A stretch of DNA of 63,674 bases, counting the filler. It is 6 parts of 6 records of this genome, joined end to end, with 100 filler letters (N's around TTAATTAATTAA, not from the genome) between each part and the next. Parts side by side here need not be neighbours in the genome. Positions count along the whole stretch, not along the records: positions 28,509 to 49,845 come from DRR723986_16504; positions 49,946 to 58,078 come from DRR723986_16508; 4 more parts are not named here. One strand, written 5' to 3'. This document shows positions 40,743-50,977 of the stretch, in pieces (the first letter of the stretch is position 1; every line of letters starts with the position of its first letter). The notes under the pieces were generated by a model. The model was not told where the DNA came from, searched no databases, and worked only from the letters and a program-made list of their open reading frames with translations. The translations under genes and the position numbers were made by a program.

Positions 40743-41945
40743 ATGCTTTCTGGTAAAAAGATTTTAGTCGGAGTTACCGGGAGCATTGCTGCCTACAAAA
40801 CAGCCTATCTTGTTAGAGAATTAATTAAGCTTGACGCCGAAGTGAAGGTCGTTATGACTACTGCTGCCTGCGAGTTTATTTCTCCTTTAACATTATCAAC
40901 TTTATCTAAAAACCCTGTTGCGATTGAATTCATTAAAGATGAAGAAACAGGTGAATGGCAAAACCATGTTGATTTAGGATTATGGGCAGATCTTTTTATC
41001 ATTGCCCCAACATCAGCTAATACTTTATCAAAATTAGTTTCAGGAAACGCTGACAACTTGTTGATCGCAACTTATTTGAGTGCTAAATGCCCCATTTGGA
41101 TAGCACCAGCAATGGACCTTGATATGTTTAAGCATTTTAGTACACAAGAAAACCTCGAGCATCTTCGCGCTAACAAGGTCAGAGTAATTGACCCTACATC
41201 TGGTGAATTAGCTAGTGGTTTAGAAGGAAAAGGGAGAATGGAAGAACCTGAGCAAATTGCACAGCACATTCACGACTTTTTTATCGGCAACTCGAAAATT
41301 AAAGGTAAAACTGTGTTGATTACTGGAGGACCTACCTATGAGTCGATTGATCCAGTTCGCTTTATAGGCAATTACTCATCAGGTAAAACAGGAGTATTGT
41401 TAGCAGACGAATGTGCTAACAGAGGAGCGAAAGTAATATTGATCACCGGACCAACGCATGCCAAGGTTAAAAATCCTTCAATCAAAGTTATTGGCGTAAA
41501 ATCTGCTGTAGAAATGAAAGCAGCTGTTGAATCACATTGGTCTGAGAGTTCAGTCGGGATATTTTCTGCTGCCGTTGCCGATTACCGCCCGGCACAAACT
41601 GCGGATGAAAAAATTAAAAAATCTTCTGATTCCCTGCAAATAGATTTGGTGAAAAACCCGGACATATTATTATGGGCTGGACAAAACAAAACAGCCGATC
41701 AATATTTGGTCGGATTTGCTCTAGAAACGGAAAACGAAGAGGCAAACGGGGTAAAAAAACTTGAGAAAAAGAATTTGGACTTGTTGGTATTGAATTCACT
41801 AAGAGATAAAGGGGCTGGGTTTGGTCATGACACAAACAAAGTCAGCTTTATCAAACCAAACAATAAAATACGTAATTTTGAGTTAAAAGATAAGTCTATT
41901 GTAATGGTAGATATTATTGACGAAATTGAAAGCGACTTAGCATAA
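40743..41945 (+). CDS. coaBC: Bifunctional phosphopantothenoylcysteine decarboxylase/ligase
   Basis: GSIAAYK, APTSAN, PAM, TYESIDPVRFIGNYSSGK, AAVADY, VGFALET. Confidence 0.95.
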   Translation: MLSGKKILVGVTGSIAAYKTAYLVRELIKLDAEVKVVMTTAACEFISPLTLSTLSKNPVAIEFIKDEETGEWQNHVDLGLWADLFIIAPTSANTLSKLVSGNADNLLIATYLSAKCPIWIAPAMDLDMFKHFSTQENLEHLRANKVRVIDPTSGELASGLEGKGRMEEPEQIAQHIHDFFIGNSKIKGKTVLITGGPTYESIDPVRFIGNYSSGKTGVLLADECANRGAKVILITGPTHAKVKNPSIKVIGVKSAVEMKAAVESHWSESSVGIFSAAVADYRPAQTADEKIKKSSDSLQIDLVKNPDILLWAGQNKTADQYLVGFALETENEEANGVKKLEKKNLDLLVLNSLRDKGAGFGHDTNKVSFIKPNNKIRNFELKDKSIVMVDIIDEIESDLA

Positions 41946-42845
41946 ATGAAACATTTCTTAGCCATACTATCACTTATTTGTTGTGTGCAACTATCTGCAC
42001 AAGAATTGAACTGTGAAGTATCGGTGATTAACGCTCCTGCATTACAGGTTGGACCAGTTGAAAAAGAAATATTCACTGAATTGGAAGCACAGATTTTTGA
42101 TTTCATGAATAATACACGTTGGACGAAGGATGTATACGAAATTGAAGAACGAATTAATGTATCAATTCTGATCACGATTACTGACATCCCATCTACTTCA
42201 TCCTACAAAGGGAAAATTCAAGTGCAATCAACACGACCAGTTTATAATACCTCTTATAACACAGTCCTTTTCAATCATCAAGATGAAAATTTCGAGATTT
42301 CTTATGCTAGAAATACGGCACTTCTATTTTCAATTGATCAACACAGAGATAATTTAACTTCTATTTTAGCTTTTTACGCTTACATGGTTTTGGCTTATGA
42401 TTACGACAGTTTCTCACCTGAAGGCGGAACAGAATATTTTAACAAAGCACAAATCATTGCCAATAATGCCAAAAACTCTGGTGGTCAAGGCTGGTTACCG
42501 CAAGGTAAAAGAAACAATCGTTACTGGATGGTAGATAATGCGTTGCAATCAGTCTTTAAACCAATTCGTACAGCTTACTATAATTATCACAGAAATGGTT
42601 TTGACATCATGTATAATGATATCATTGCTGGCAGAAAAGTAGTATTGGAAACCATGGAATCTCTTTCTCCAGTTCAACGCTCAAGACCTGGCTCATTAAA
42701 TCTTCAGATCTTTTTGACTTCGAAATCTAAAGAGCTAATTGATTTATTTTCTCAAGCAGAAATCAAAGAAAAGAATGCTGCAGTAAGCATTCTTAAGCGT
42801 CTTGACCCAGCTAATAGCTCCAAGTACCAGGAGATTTTAAATTAA
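41946..42845 (+). CDS. DUF4835 family protein (T9SS PorD-like)
   Basis: AQELNCEV, FMNNTRWT, QVQSTRPVYN, NLTSILAFYAY, NRYW; synteny between coaBC and recN. Confidence 0.85.
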   Translation: MKHFLAILSLICCVQLSAQELNCEVSVINAPALQVGPVEKEIFTELEAQIFDFMNNTRWTKDVYEIEERINVSILITITDIPSTSSYKGKIQVQSTRPVYNTSYNTVLFNHQDENFEISYARNTALLFSIDQHRDNLTSILAFYAYMVLAYDYDSFSPEGGTEYFNKAQIIANNAKNSGGQGWLPQGKRNNRYWMVDNALQSVFKPIRTAYYNYHRNGFDIMYNDIIAGRKVVLETMESLSPVQRSRPGSLNLQIFLTSKSKELIDLFSQAEIKEKNAAVSILKRLDPANSSKYQEILN

Positions 42846-42919
42846 GCTGAACAATTTTTCATTCTAATTTTATGAATGCAGTATCTTTACTGTAATAAAA
42901 ATTGAATTGAAATCTATCA

Positions 42920-44578
42920 ATGCTGAATCGTCTTGACATCTCTAATTACGCTTTAATTGATAATGCATCCATTGATTTTCAAAATGGATTTAGCACGATC
43001 ACAGGTGAAACAGGAGCAGGGAAATCTATCTTACTGAAAGCCCTGAATCTTTTATTAGGTGAAAGAGCTGACACATCAGTTTTAAGACAATCAGAACATA
43101 AATGTTATCTAGAAGCAGAATTTAGCATTGACCAGTTGCAATTAGAAGATTTCTTTGAAACACAGGACCTTGATTATGAAAGTCCTTGTATTATTCGAAG
43201 AGAGTTCACGAATTCTGGTAAATCAAGATGTTTTGTGAACGATAGCCCAGTTCAACTCACACAGCTTAAAGAATTGGGTGAAAAATTGGTAAATATTCAT
43301 TCTCAACACCAAACCCTTCAACTTTTTGATGGAGATTTTCAAACTTCTGTCCTTGACAGTTTTGCCGGTAATAACGAATTGATTACGAATTACAAATTAG
43401 CCTATAAAAGCTATCGTAAAAAAGTTAATTTGAGCATTGAGCTAGAAGTAAAGGAACGCGAAAACAGAAAGAATAAAGACTATTTAGAATTTCTTTTATC
43501 AGAATTAGAAGCAGCCGATTTAGGTAATACTGATCTTGCTGCACTTAAAATACAATCAGACAAGATTGAGTTTGCTGAAAAGATCTCTGAAGGACTTGGA
43601 TTGGCAAAATCTGTATTTGAAAATGATACTTATGGTCCTGCCAACGGCATTAAAACTTTGATTGAAACCTTTGAAGAGCTCAAGTCATTCGATCCAAAAT
43701 ACGCAGACATTCATGCGCGTTTATTAAGTTTGAAAATTGAAATGGATGACATAGAGTCTGAAGTGGCAGGAGAATCTAACGATTTTGATTTTTCGCCTGC
43801 TGAAGCACTGGCCATCAAAGAAAAAATGGACTTGTTGAATTCGCTATGCTTTAAACACAATTTGACTGAAGTGAGCCAACTACAGGAATTAGAAGCGAAA
43901 CTTCAAAGCGATTTAGACGCCATCAACAGTTCAGATGATCGACTAAATAAACTGCTGGCAGAAATTGAAAAAGATAAAAAATCACTGGAAGCGCAAGCAA
44001 CAAGTCTGTCAACTGCTAGAAAAAAACACAGTACATCTTTGTGCAATGCGGTATGTAATATCCTAAAAGAATTGGGAATGGCAGATGCTGAAATGCAAAT
44101 AAAAATGGAACCGCTCGATAGACTTAGCTCAAATGGCTTAGATCAGGTGCAATTTTTATTTAAAACCAACAAGGGTGGACAATTTTTAGCTTTGAAAAAA
44201 GTCGCTTCTGGAGGAGAGCTATCACGGTTAATGTTGGCGATCATGTCCATTTTATCTGAAACGAAAGAACTCCCAACGCTTATATTTGATGAGATTGACA
44301 CAGGAGTTTCTGGAGAAGTGGCTTCAAAAATTGCTAATGAATTCATGAAAATGGGTCAAAAAATTCAGCTCATTGCCATTACCCACCTTCCACAAGTTGC
44401 TGCGAAGGGTAAATTGCATTATCACGTTAGCAAGTCTAATACTGGAGATAAAACCACTACATCTGTTCAGTTATTAAATCAGGTCAACCGCATTCAAGAA
44501 ATTGCAAAAATGATGAGTGGAGAAAAAATTACAGATGCCGCCATTGAAAACGCATCTCAATTATTGGTATCAAATTGA
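42920..44578 (+). CDS. recN: DNA repair protein RecN
   Basis: TGETGAGKS, IHSQH, ASGGELSR, IFDEIDTG, ITHLPQVAA. Confidence 0.96.
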   Translation: MLNRLDISNYALIDNASIDFQNGFSTITGETGAGKSILLKALNLLLGERADTSVLRQSEHKCYLEAEFSIDQLQLEDFFETQDLDYESPCIIRREFTNSGKSRCFVNDSPVQLTQLKELGEKLVNIHSQHQTLQLFDGDFQTSVLDSFAGNNELITNYKLAYKSYRKKVNLSIELEVKERENRKNKDYLEFLLSELEAADLGNTDLAALKIQSDKIEFAEKISEGLGLAKSVFENDTYGPANGIKTLIETFEELKSFDPKYADIHARLLSLKIEMDDIESEVAGESNDFDFSPAEALAIKEKMDLLNSLCFKHNLTEVSQLQELEAKLQSDLDAINSSDDRLNKLLAEIEKDKKSLEAQATSLSTARKKHSTSLCNAVCNILKELGMADAEMQIKMEPLDRLSSNGLDQVQFLFKTNKGGQFLALKKVASGGELSRLMLAIMSILSETKELPTLIFDEIDTGVSGEVASKIANEFMKMGQKIQLIAITHLPQVAAKGKLHYHVSKSNTGDKTTTSVQLLNQVNRIQEIAKMMSGEKITDAAIENASQLLVSN

Positions 44579-44967
44579 AAACCAACCTAACCATAACAGC
44601 TTGTGTCTTTATCGTTTTGAGCATCATACTTGGGGCTTTTGGCGCGCATGGTTTAGAAGGTAAAATATCAGCTCACGGAATTGATGTTTGGAATACCTCT
44701 TCAGAATATCAAATGTATGCCGGTTTGGGATTATTAATTGTTTCCTTGAATGCAGAAAAATTGAATTTCAACATTAAATGGTTTTCTATTTGTCTTATAG
44801 CTGGAAGTATCATATTCTCTGGCCTACTCTACCTTACAGCACTTCATGAATTAAATGCTTCGTTAAAAATATTGGGCGCTTTTGTTCCAATTGGAGGTTC
44901 GCTCATGATTATTTCTTGGATAATTTTAATCATTCAGTTGACTAAAAGCCGAAAAAACAAAGCTTAG
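44575..44967 (+). CDS. DUF423 family membrane protein
   Basis: LGAFGAHGL, YQMY, IFSG, LGAFVPIGG. Confidence 0.88.
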   Translation: MKTNLTITACVFIVLSIILGAFGAHGLEGKISAHGIDVWNTSSEYQMYAGLGLLIVSLNAEKLNFNIKWFSICLIAGSIIFSGLLYLTALHELNASLKILGAFVPIGGSLMIISWIILIIQLTKSRKNKA

Positions 44968-45062
44968 CAATACAATCATTGCCTCGAATTTTTTGGACTG
45001 ATATCCACCTTTTGCGTATTTTTGTACTCAATCGTTTAAAATATTACGATAATTCAGGTCCC

Positions 45063-48000
45063 ATGAAACAATTTTTACTCGTATTTAGCCTTTTCACAGG
45101 TGTTTTTGGAATAACACAAGACACTATTACCGTTCAAACTTTCACTTACGACAGTATCTCTACAAGGCGAGCGATTTTCGACTTTCCGGCAAGTTTACAG
45201 GGTGAGTCTTTTGAAAAGGTATTGATGTATTACAACATTAAATGTGACCCATTAACTCCATGGGATTCTTACAACTGTGGAGAATGGGATTATTTAGCTC
45301 ATGCTAAAATTCATGTACATACAGGCGTGATGGATAGCAACAAAGTTGAAGGACCTCACTATTTATTAAATGATGAATGGACTGCAAGTGTGGATTATGT
45401 CAATAACCCATACTATCACTATTTTGAAAATTATCAGACTTTCATCAATTACAGCGCGCAATCTGATAATGACTATTCAATTGGATTAGGGACTTCAACA
45501 ACAAGCTATCCTTTTGGATCGTCAAACACCAATCAGCGTACCCAAATTTTATGGACTGCAACTGAAATAGCAGCGGCTGGAATAACTGCAGGCAATATCG
45601 ACAAACTCAGATTCAATATTGGAACCTTAGGTCAAAGCCTGGGCAACCTTAAAATCAACATGAAACATTCAACAGCTACTGTTCTTGAAGGATTTGATGA
45701 AATGGGATGGACAAATGTCTACCATATGAATACTAACTTTTCTGGAACCGGATTGGCGACAATCAACCTAACTTATCCCTTTGTTTATGATGGTACTTCA
45801 GATATCCTGATGGATATTTCTTTTGAGAATGGATCGGCAGGATCGGATAATGTGGTGAGCGCAACACAAACCTTATCCAATTCGGTTGTTTACTCAAACG
45901 AAAAGTTGGGCTATTTAAAGATTCCTCAAAATGAGCATGTTGAATTAGAGATCACCGATTACGACTTTCAAGATCAAATAACTGTTTCGTTTTGGGCTAA
46001 TGGTGATGCAGGAATTTTACCTGTAAACACATCAGTTATAGAAGCTGCAGACAGTTTGAATAATCGGATATTAAATGTTCACTTCCCATGGAGCAATTCA
46101 GAAAATTATTGGGATGCCGGTGAAGGAAGTGGTTATGACAGAATCAACAAGGCTGCCACCGCCGGTGAAATTGGAGGAGAATGGCACCATTGGGCATTCA
46201 CAAAAAACAGTACTTCAGGTGTTATGAATATTTATAAAGATGGTGTTTTATGGCATACGGGTTCAGGACTTACGAGAGATGTTGGAATCGTAAACACATT
46301 TAAATTAGGAGCGAATAGAAATCAAGGTAACGGATGGCCTGGCAAAGTTGATGAGCTTAGAGTTTGGGATACGGAGCTGGCTGCAAGTGAAATTCTTACT
46401 TGGATGAACCAAAAAGTGACAGCAGCACATCCTAACTATGCAGATTTAGTGGTTTATTATGATTTTGACGGATCTGCATCTGTAATCGATCAATCACCAA
46501 ATGGATTTGATGGGATGATGAGTGAAAGCGGTATGATTCAATTTTACAATGAATCTCAAGCTGGATTTGTCTTATCTGATATTAGACCTGACATTACATT
46601 TGTACAAGGAACTTACACATCTTCATTGGATTCAACATTAGTAATGGATTCGGTGATGGTAGACCCAATCAGTATCGCTGAATATCAAGTTTCAGGTAAA
46701 AAATTCATCATGACCAGCTTAGATCATCATTATCCTGCGGGATATAGCTACACTTATGATTCGCAAGGAAACAAGATTGATTCTACTTTATATGCGGCGG
46801 ATATGAGCATTGCAAATGACAGCATCTTCTATTATGAAGAAGCTTATGAAATTATTGATCCTTTTGAAATTGGAAGATTCATTACCCCTTACGGAATTGG
46901 ATTTGATTTAGGACCGAACGGTTTTACTTATGTGTATGACGTCACGGATTATCAGCAATTATTAATGGGACAAGTTGACTTTGCAGCACACAATACGCAA
47001 GAGTTGATTGATGTTCAGTTCAGATTTATTAAGGGAACTCCTCCAAGAGATATCATCTCAGTAGAGAAAATTTGGGGAAATCATGGTTCTCACACTTACG
47101 CAGATTTAGATAATGACGTAAAGTTACCATCTATGACTTTGAATCTTGATCCTACAGCAAGTCAATTTAAAATTAGAACGAGAATTACAGGTCACGGACA
47201 CCATGGCAGCATCAATTGTTGCGAATGGGGTAACGGTCAAGGGCGTGATCATGAATTATTGATTGATGGTGTACCGCGTTTTACATGGGAAATTTGGCAA
47301 GAAACTGAATGTGGTGACAACCCAAATACTGGTCAAGGCGGAACATGGCCATATGCTCGTGAAGGTTGGTGTCCAGGAGATATGGTAAAGGATCATGAAT
47401 TTGAAATTACACCATACGTTACGGGTGGAACATCAGTTGCCATTGACTATGACATTGAAGATGTACCGTCAAATGACCAAGATCAAGGAAATGGTAATTA
47501 TAATATGGCCATGCATTTAATGAGTTACGGCGCTCCTAACTTTACCACAGATGCCGCTATTGTTGATGTATTAAACCCTAACAATTGGGAGTACTACAGC
47601 AAGTTTAATCCAACTTGTCAAAACCCGAAGGTTATTTTGAAAAACACGGGGTCAGATGCCTTAACTTCAGTATCAATATACGTATGGATTGGTGGATTTG
47701 ATAATGTGATCGAATTTCCATGGACAGGAAATCTAGAATTCTTGGAGCAAGAGGTTGTTGAAATTCCTATTACGGATGACTGGTGGTTTGATTTCCAAGG
47801 TAAATTCACTTTCTCGGCTTTAGTTTGGGAACCAAATGGTGTTCAAGATCAATATCCAAACAATGATAAATACACGGTTGAATTTGATGCACCTCCAGTA
47901 TACAATGAAGAGTTCTATTTCTGGTATAAAACAAACAACAAAGCAATTGAAAATGATGTTTATTTGAAAGACGAAAGTGGTAATATCATTTGGGAACGAT

Positions 48001-48536
48001 TGAGTGCAGATCATACGAATTCAACAGAATATAAAGACACTTTTAACTTAGCACAAGGATGTTACACATTAGAAATGTATGATAGTGATCATGATGGATT
48101 AGGATATTGGTATTCGAACATTCCTACCAGTCAAGGTGGAGAGGGTGAAACGAATGGTTTTTTCAGAATTAAACAAACCAATGGAGTTACTTTAGAGAAT
48201 TTTGATCGTGATTTCGGTCATTACTTTAGTCATAGCTTTTCTGTTGGATTTGCCTTGGGTAACGAAGAACAAAAAATCACAAGTAAGATTGAGGTTTTCC
48301 CTAATCCAACGGAAGGTATGGTAAATCTTTTACTTGATAATTTCAAAGGAGATCAAATCAACTTAAGTGTTTACAATGAAATGGGTGCTTTAGTTTACAC
48401 AGAGCTAATTGGAGACAATAATGCTGAAGGATATTGGAACAAAGAAATGAATCTGAGTCATTTGGCAGAGGGCATATACTTTTTAAAAGTTACCTCTGAC
48501 CAAGAAACATTGACAAAACGCATAGTTATACAATAA
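45063..48536 (+). CDS. T9SS-secreted protein: PNGase F-like domains with inserted LamG domain and type A C-terminal sorting domain
   Basis: Signal peptide; CGEWDY, EIGRFITPYG, TGHG..CCEW, GWCPG; WHHWAFT..IDE-like LamG motifs; VFPNP..GIYFLKV CTD. Confidence 0.85.
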   Translation: MKQFLLVFSLFTGVFGITQDTITVQTFTYDSISTRRAIFDFPASLQGESFEKVLMYYNIKCDPLTPWDSYNCGEWDYLAHAKIHVHTGVMDSNKVEGPHYLLNDEWTASVDYVNNPYYHYFENYQTFINYSAQSDNDYSIGLGTSTTSYPFGSSNTNQRTQILWTATEIAAAGITAGNIDKLRFNIGTLGQSLGNLKINMKHSTATVLEGFDEMGWTNVYHMNTNFSGTGLATINLTYPFVYDGTSDILMDISFENGSAGSDNVVSATQTLSNSVVYSNEKLGYLKIPQNEHVELEITDYDFQDQITVSFWANGDAGILPVNTSVIEAADSLNNRILNVHFPWSNSENYWDAGEGSGYDRINKAATAGEIGGEWHHWAFTKNSTSGVMNIYKDGVLWHTGSGLTRDVGIVNTFKLGANRNQGNGWPGKVDELRVWDTELAASEILTWMNQKVTAAHPNYADLVVYYDFDGSASVIDQSPNGFDGMMSESGMIQFYNESQAGFVLSDIRPDITFVQGTYTSSLDSTLVMDSVMVDPISIAEYQVSGKKFIMTSLDHHYPAGYSYTYDSQGNKIDSTLYAADMSIANDSIFYYEEAYEIIDPFEIGRFITPYGIGFDLGPNGFTYVYDVTDYQQLLMGQVDFAAHNTQELIDVQFRFIKGTPPRDIISVEKIWGNHGSHTYADLDNDVKLPSMTLNLDPTASQFKIRTRITGHGHHGSINCCEWGNGQGRDHELLIDGVPRFTWEIWQETECGDNPNTGQGGTWPYAREGWCPGDMVKDHEFEITPYVTGGTSVAIDYDIEDVPSNDQDQGNGNYNMAMHLMSYGAPNFTTDAAIVDVLNPNNWEYYSKFNPTCQNPKVILKNTGSDALTSVSIYVWIGGFDNVIEFPWTGNLEFLEQEVVEIPITDDWWFDFQGKFTFSALVWEPNGVQDQYPNNDKYTVEFDAPPVYNEEFYFWYKTNNKAIENDVYLKDESGNIIWERLSADHTNSTEYKDTFNLAQGCYTLEMYDSDHDGLGYWYSNIPTSQGGEGETNGFFRIKQTNGVTLENFDRDFGHYFSHSFSVGFALGNEEQKITSKIEVFPNPTEGMVNLLLDNFKGDQINLSVYNEMGALVYTELIGDNNAEGYWNKEMNLSHLAEGIYFLKVTSDQETLTKRIVIQ

Positions 48537-48537
48537 G

Positions 48538-48570
48538 AAAAAGCCTCAGTTCTCACTGAGGCTTTTTTTT
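48538..48570. terminator. Bidirectional intrinsic terminator
   Basis: AAAAAGCCTCAGT-TCTC-ACTGAGGCTTTTTTT. Confidence 0.88.
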
Positions 48571-48595
48571 GATCATCACTCTGGACAAAGCGTGA

Positions 48596-49498
48596 TTAGT
48601 TCTTTTCAACTTGCTCAATTTGGTTTTGTAAAGAGGTTGATAATGATTTCCCACCTTTAATTCCAAAATCGAGAGTTGTAATTGGGAATGGAATTGAAAT
48701 GTTATTCTCGTCATAGGCCTTTTTAATCAGCTTGACTCCATCACTTTGACCTTTTAAGTATTGAAAATAAGTAGAATAAGGAACCCAATATCTTACTTCA
48801 AGATTAATTGAGCTTCCTCCAAAATCTTTAAATATGACTTGAATATCTTCAGATTGAATTAACTCTGGAAGTTGAGCAATGGCCTTTCTTGTAATTTCCT
48901 CAACTCTATCTAAGTCCTCGGCGTAAGAAACTCCAACCTCAAGGTCAACTCTCCTTGTTTTAGTTTTGTAATAGTTAGTTAAGGGATTTTCGAATAATAA
49001 CCTGTTGGGCAATAAGATTTCATTTCCATCAAATGATAGTATTTCTGTGTTTCTTAGGTTAATATTTAAAACTGTTCCGATATAACCTTCTACCTCAATC
49101 ACGTCTCCTACTTCAAATGGGCGCTTTGCAGCCATGAAGAATCCTGAAACGAAATTAGCCGCCAAATCTTGAAAAGCAAAACTTAAAGCTAAACCAATAA
49201 TACCGGCACCAGCCAAAATTGAACTTACCGTTTTATCTAAATGCAGAACTGATAAAGCAAACATTGCTCCTACTGCAATTACAGTGATGTAAACGATTTT
49301 GCTGATCATTTTAGAGAGCTCTTGATTTTCGTATGTTTTTCCCAATAGTTTTCGAGCTCCTTTTTTGATCCATTTAGCGGCAAAAATGAATACTGCCAGC
49401 ACTAATAATGCGATTAAAAAATTAGGTAACATCTCAAGTGCGGTTGTTCCCCAACTTGAAATTTTGTCAATAATAGGTTGATAAAATGCTTTGTCCAT
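48596..49498 (-). CDS. Small-conductance mechanosensitive channel MscS
   Basis: LAGAGIIGLALSFAFQDLAANFVSG, RPFEVGD, LPN, RRVDLEVGVSY, ISIPFP. Confidence 0.92.
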   Translation of the reverse strand: MDKAFYQPIIDKISSWGTTALEMLPNFLIALLVLAVFIFAAKWIKKGARKLLGKTYENQELSKMISKIVYITVIAVGAMFALSVLHLDKTVSSILAGAGIIGLALSFAFQDLAANFVSGFFMAAKRPFEVGDVIEVEGYIGTVLNINLRNTEILSFDGNEILLPNRLLFENPLTNYYKTKTRRVDLEVGVSYAEDLDRVEEITRKAIAQLPELIQSEDIQVIFKDFGGSSINLEVRYWVPYSTYFQYLKGQSDGVKLIKKAYDENNISIPFPITTLDFGIKGGKSLSTSLQNQIEQVEKN

Positions 49499-49845
49499 GT
49501 TGTTTGAATGTGTTTTAATAAAAGAATATGATTGCCACTGATTTTCAGAGGCCTGTAAAGTTTGTTCTTAACGAACAGTTAGATGATAGTAGAGTTCATT
49601 ACCTGACAGATTCATCAAGTAAGAAGTTCCATTTGGAACTAAGTCATATAGAAATATATGTTCTGTGTTTGATTACTCATCTCTATAAATAAGATAAGGA
49701 AATAATCGAGAATTCCAAATTTTTGAAGGTAAATTTTAAACTCGGACTCCTTCAGACTGGATATGTTTATACCAACGCGCCTACAACGACCTCCTCAATA
49801 ATAGATAGAGCGTAGTCGATTTAGCGGGCCGCGATAATTGATTTT

Positions 49846-49945
49846 NNNNNNNNNNNNNNNNNNNNNNNNNNNNNNNNNNNNNNNNNNNNTTAATTAATTA
49901 ANNNNNNNNNNNNNNNNNNNNNNNNNNNNNNNNNNNNNNNNNNNN
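49846..49945. other. Artificial contig-joining spacer
   Basis: 44 N + TTAATTAATTAA + 44 N. Confidence 0.98.
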
Positions 49946-50159
49946 GGTCGACGGGGGCAAAGGCGCCGGGGCGGGCGGCCACCTCCTCGATCCCCAGCCC
50001 CCGGCCGGGGTCGATCAGGGCCGCCACATGGCCGCGAAACCCCTCTTGCGCGACCGCGCCGGTCACCGTCAGCGGCGGCGCCGGGCCCGCCCCGGCCATG
50101 CTGGACGCCAGAAGGGTCCAGACATAGGCTGCAAAAAGCAGGACGCGGAAAGGGATCAT
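49946..50159 (-). CDS. N-terminal fragment of a membrane sensor (7TM-DISM extracellular-like), probably a histidine kinase; truncated
   Basis: Signal peptide MIPFRVLLFAAYVWTLLA; LIDPGRGLGIEEV..FAP resembles the start of DISMED2; divergent from a response regulator. Confidence 0.5.
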
Positions 50160-50193
50160 CGGAAAACGGGATTTCTGCCAGAGAGGACGGCAA

Positions 50194-50790
50194 ATGGCGC
50201 CCAGGGTGATCATCGTGGACGATCATGGGTTCACGCTGAGCGGTATGCAACGGCTCTTTGCCGAGGCCGGCTTCGACGTGGTGGGCACCGCCCCGGGCGG
50301 GATCGAGGGCATCGCGCTGGGGCGCCGCCTGCGGCCCGACCTTGCGGTGCTGGATTTCGCCATGCCCGATGCGACCGGGCTCGAGGTCTTTGCAGAGCTC
50401 TCGCGCTGGTCGCCCGAAACGCGCTGCGCCATCGTCACCGGAGAGACCGCGCCGGGGCTCTTGCGGCAGCTGGCCGAGGCGGGCGTGCACGGCGTCTTCA
50501 CCAAGGCCACGGCGCCCGCCGACATCCTCGCCGGGCTGCGGCTTGTTCTGCAGGGAGAGCGGGTGCTGCCCGCCCTGCCCGCGGCCCCCGCCGAGGTGCT
50601 GTCGATGCGCGAGATCGAGGTTCTGCAGGGCATCGCGCGCGGTCTGACCAACGCCGGCATCGCAGAGGCGCTGGCGATCAGCCCCAAGACGGTCGAGACG
50701 CACCGCGCCTCGCTGATGCGCAAGCTGGGGGTGCATTCCACCGCCGCGCTGCTGGTGAAGGCCATGCGCGACCGGCTGATCCCGCTCTGA
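50194..50790 (+). CDS. NarL/FixJ-family response regulator (REC + LuxR HTH)
   Basis: IIVDDH, PDLAVLDFAMP, LSMREIEVL..GLTNAGIA..ISPKTVETHR..KL; GAGAGG RBS. Confidence 0.94.
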   Translation: MAPRVIIVDDHGFTLSGMQRLFAEAGFDVVGTAPGGIEGIALGRRLRPDLAVLDFAMPDATGLEVFAELSRWSPETRCAIVTGETAPGLLRQLAEAGVHGVFTKATAPADILAGLRLVLQGERVLPALPAAPAEVLSMREIEVLQGIARGLTNAGIAEALAISPKTVETHRASLMRKLGVHSTAALLVKAMRDRLIPL

Positions 50791-50918
50791 GCCACGCCGT
50801 CCCGGCTCCGCCCCGAAGGGCTGTCCCGCCCCCCTGCCTCGAAGCCTTCTCCGCTTCGTCCGGGGGGGGCGAATGGGGTGATCACCCGATAGGCAGACCC
50901 GCCCACCCCGGCTAACCT

Positions 50919-50931
50919 TGACCTTAGGTCA
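50919..50931. promoter_or_regulatory. Palindrome upstream of RTX gene, candidate regulator site
   Basis: TGACCT-T-AGGTCA preceded by TAACCT; second palindrome GGGTGATCACCC at 50876-50887. Confidence 0.4.
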
Positions 50932-50977
50932 TTCAAAGCCCCCGGCGGTTCCGCCCGGGGAACATGGAGCATTTCCG

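Noticed and set aside
49775-49845. GCCTACAACG as an integron attC-like end
   Set aside because: No complementary arm or integrase visible before the contig end
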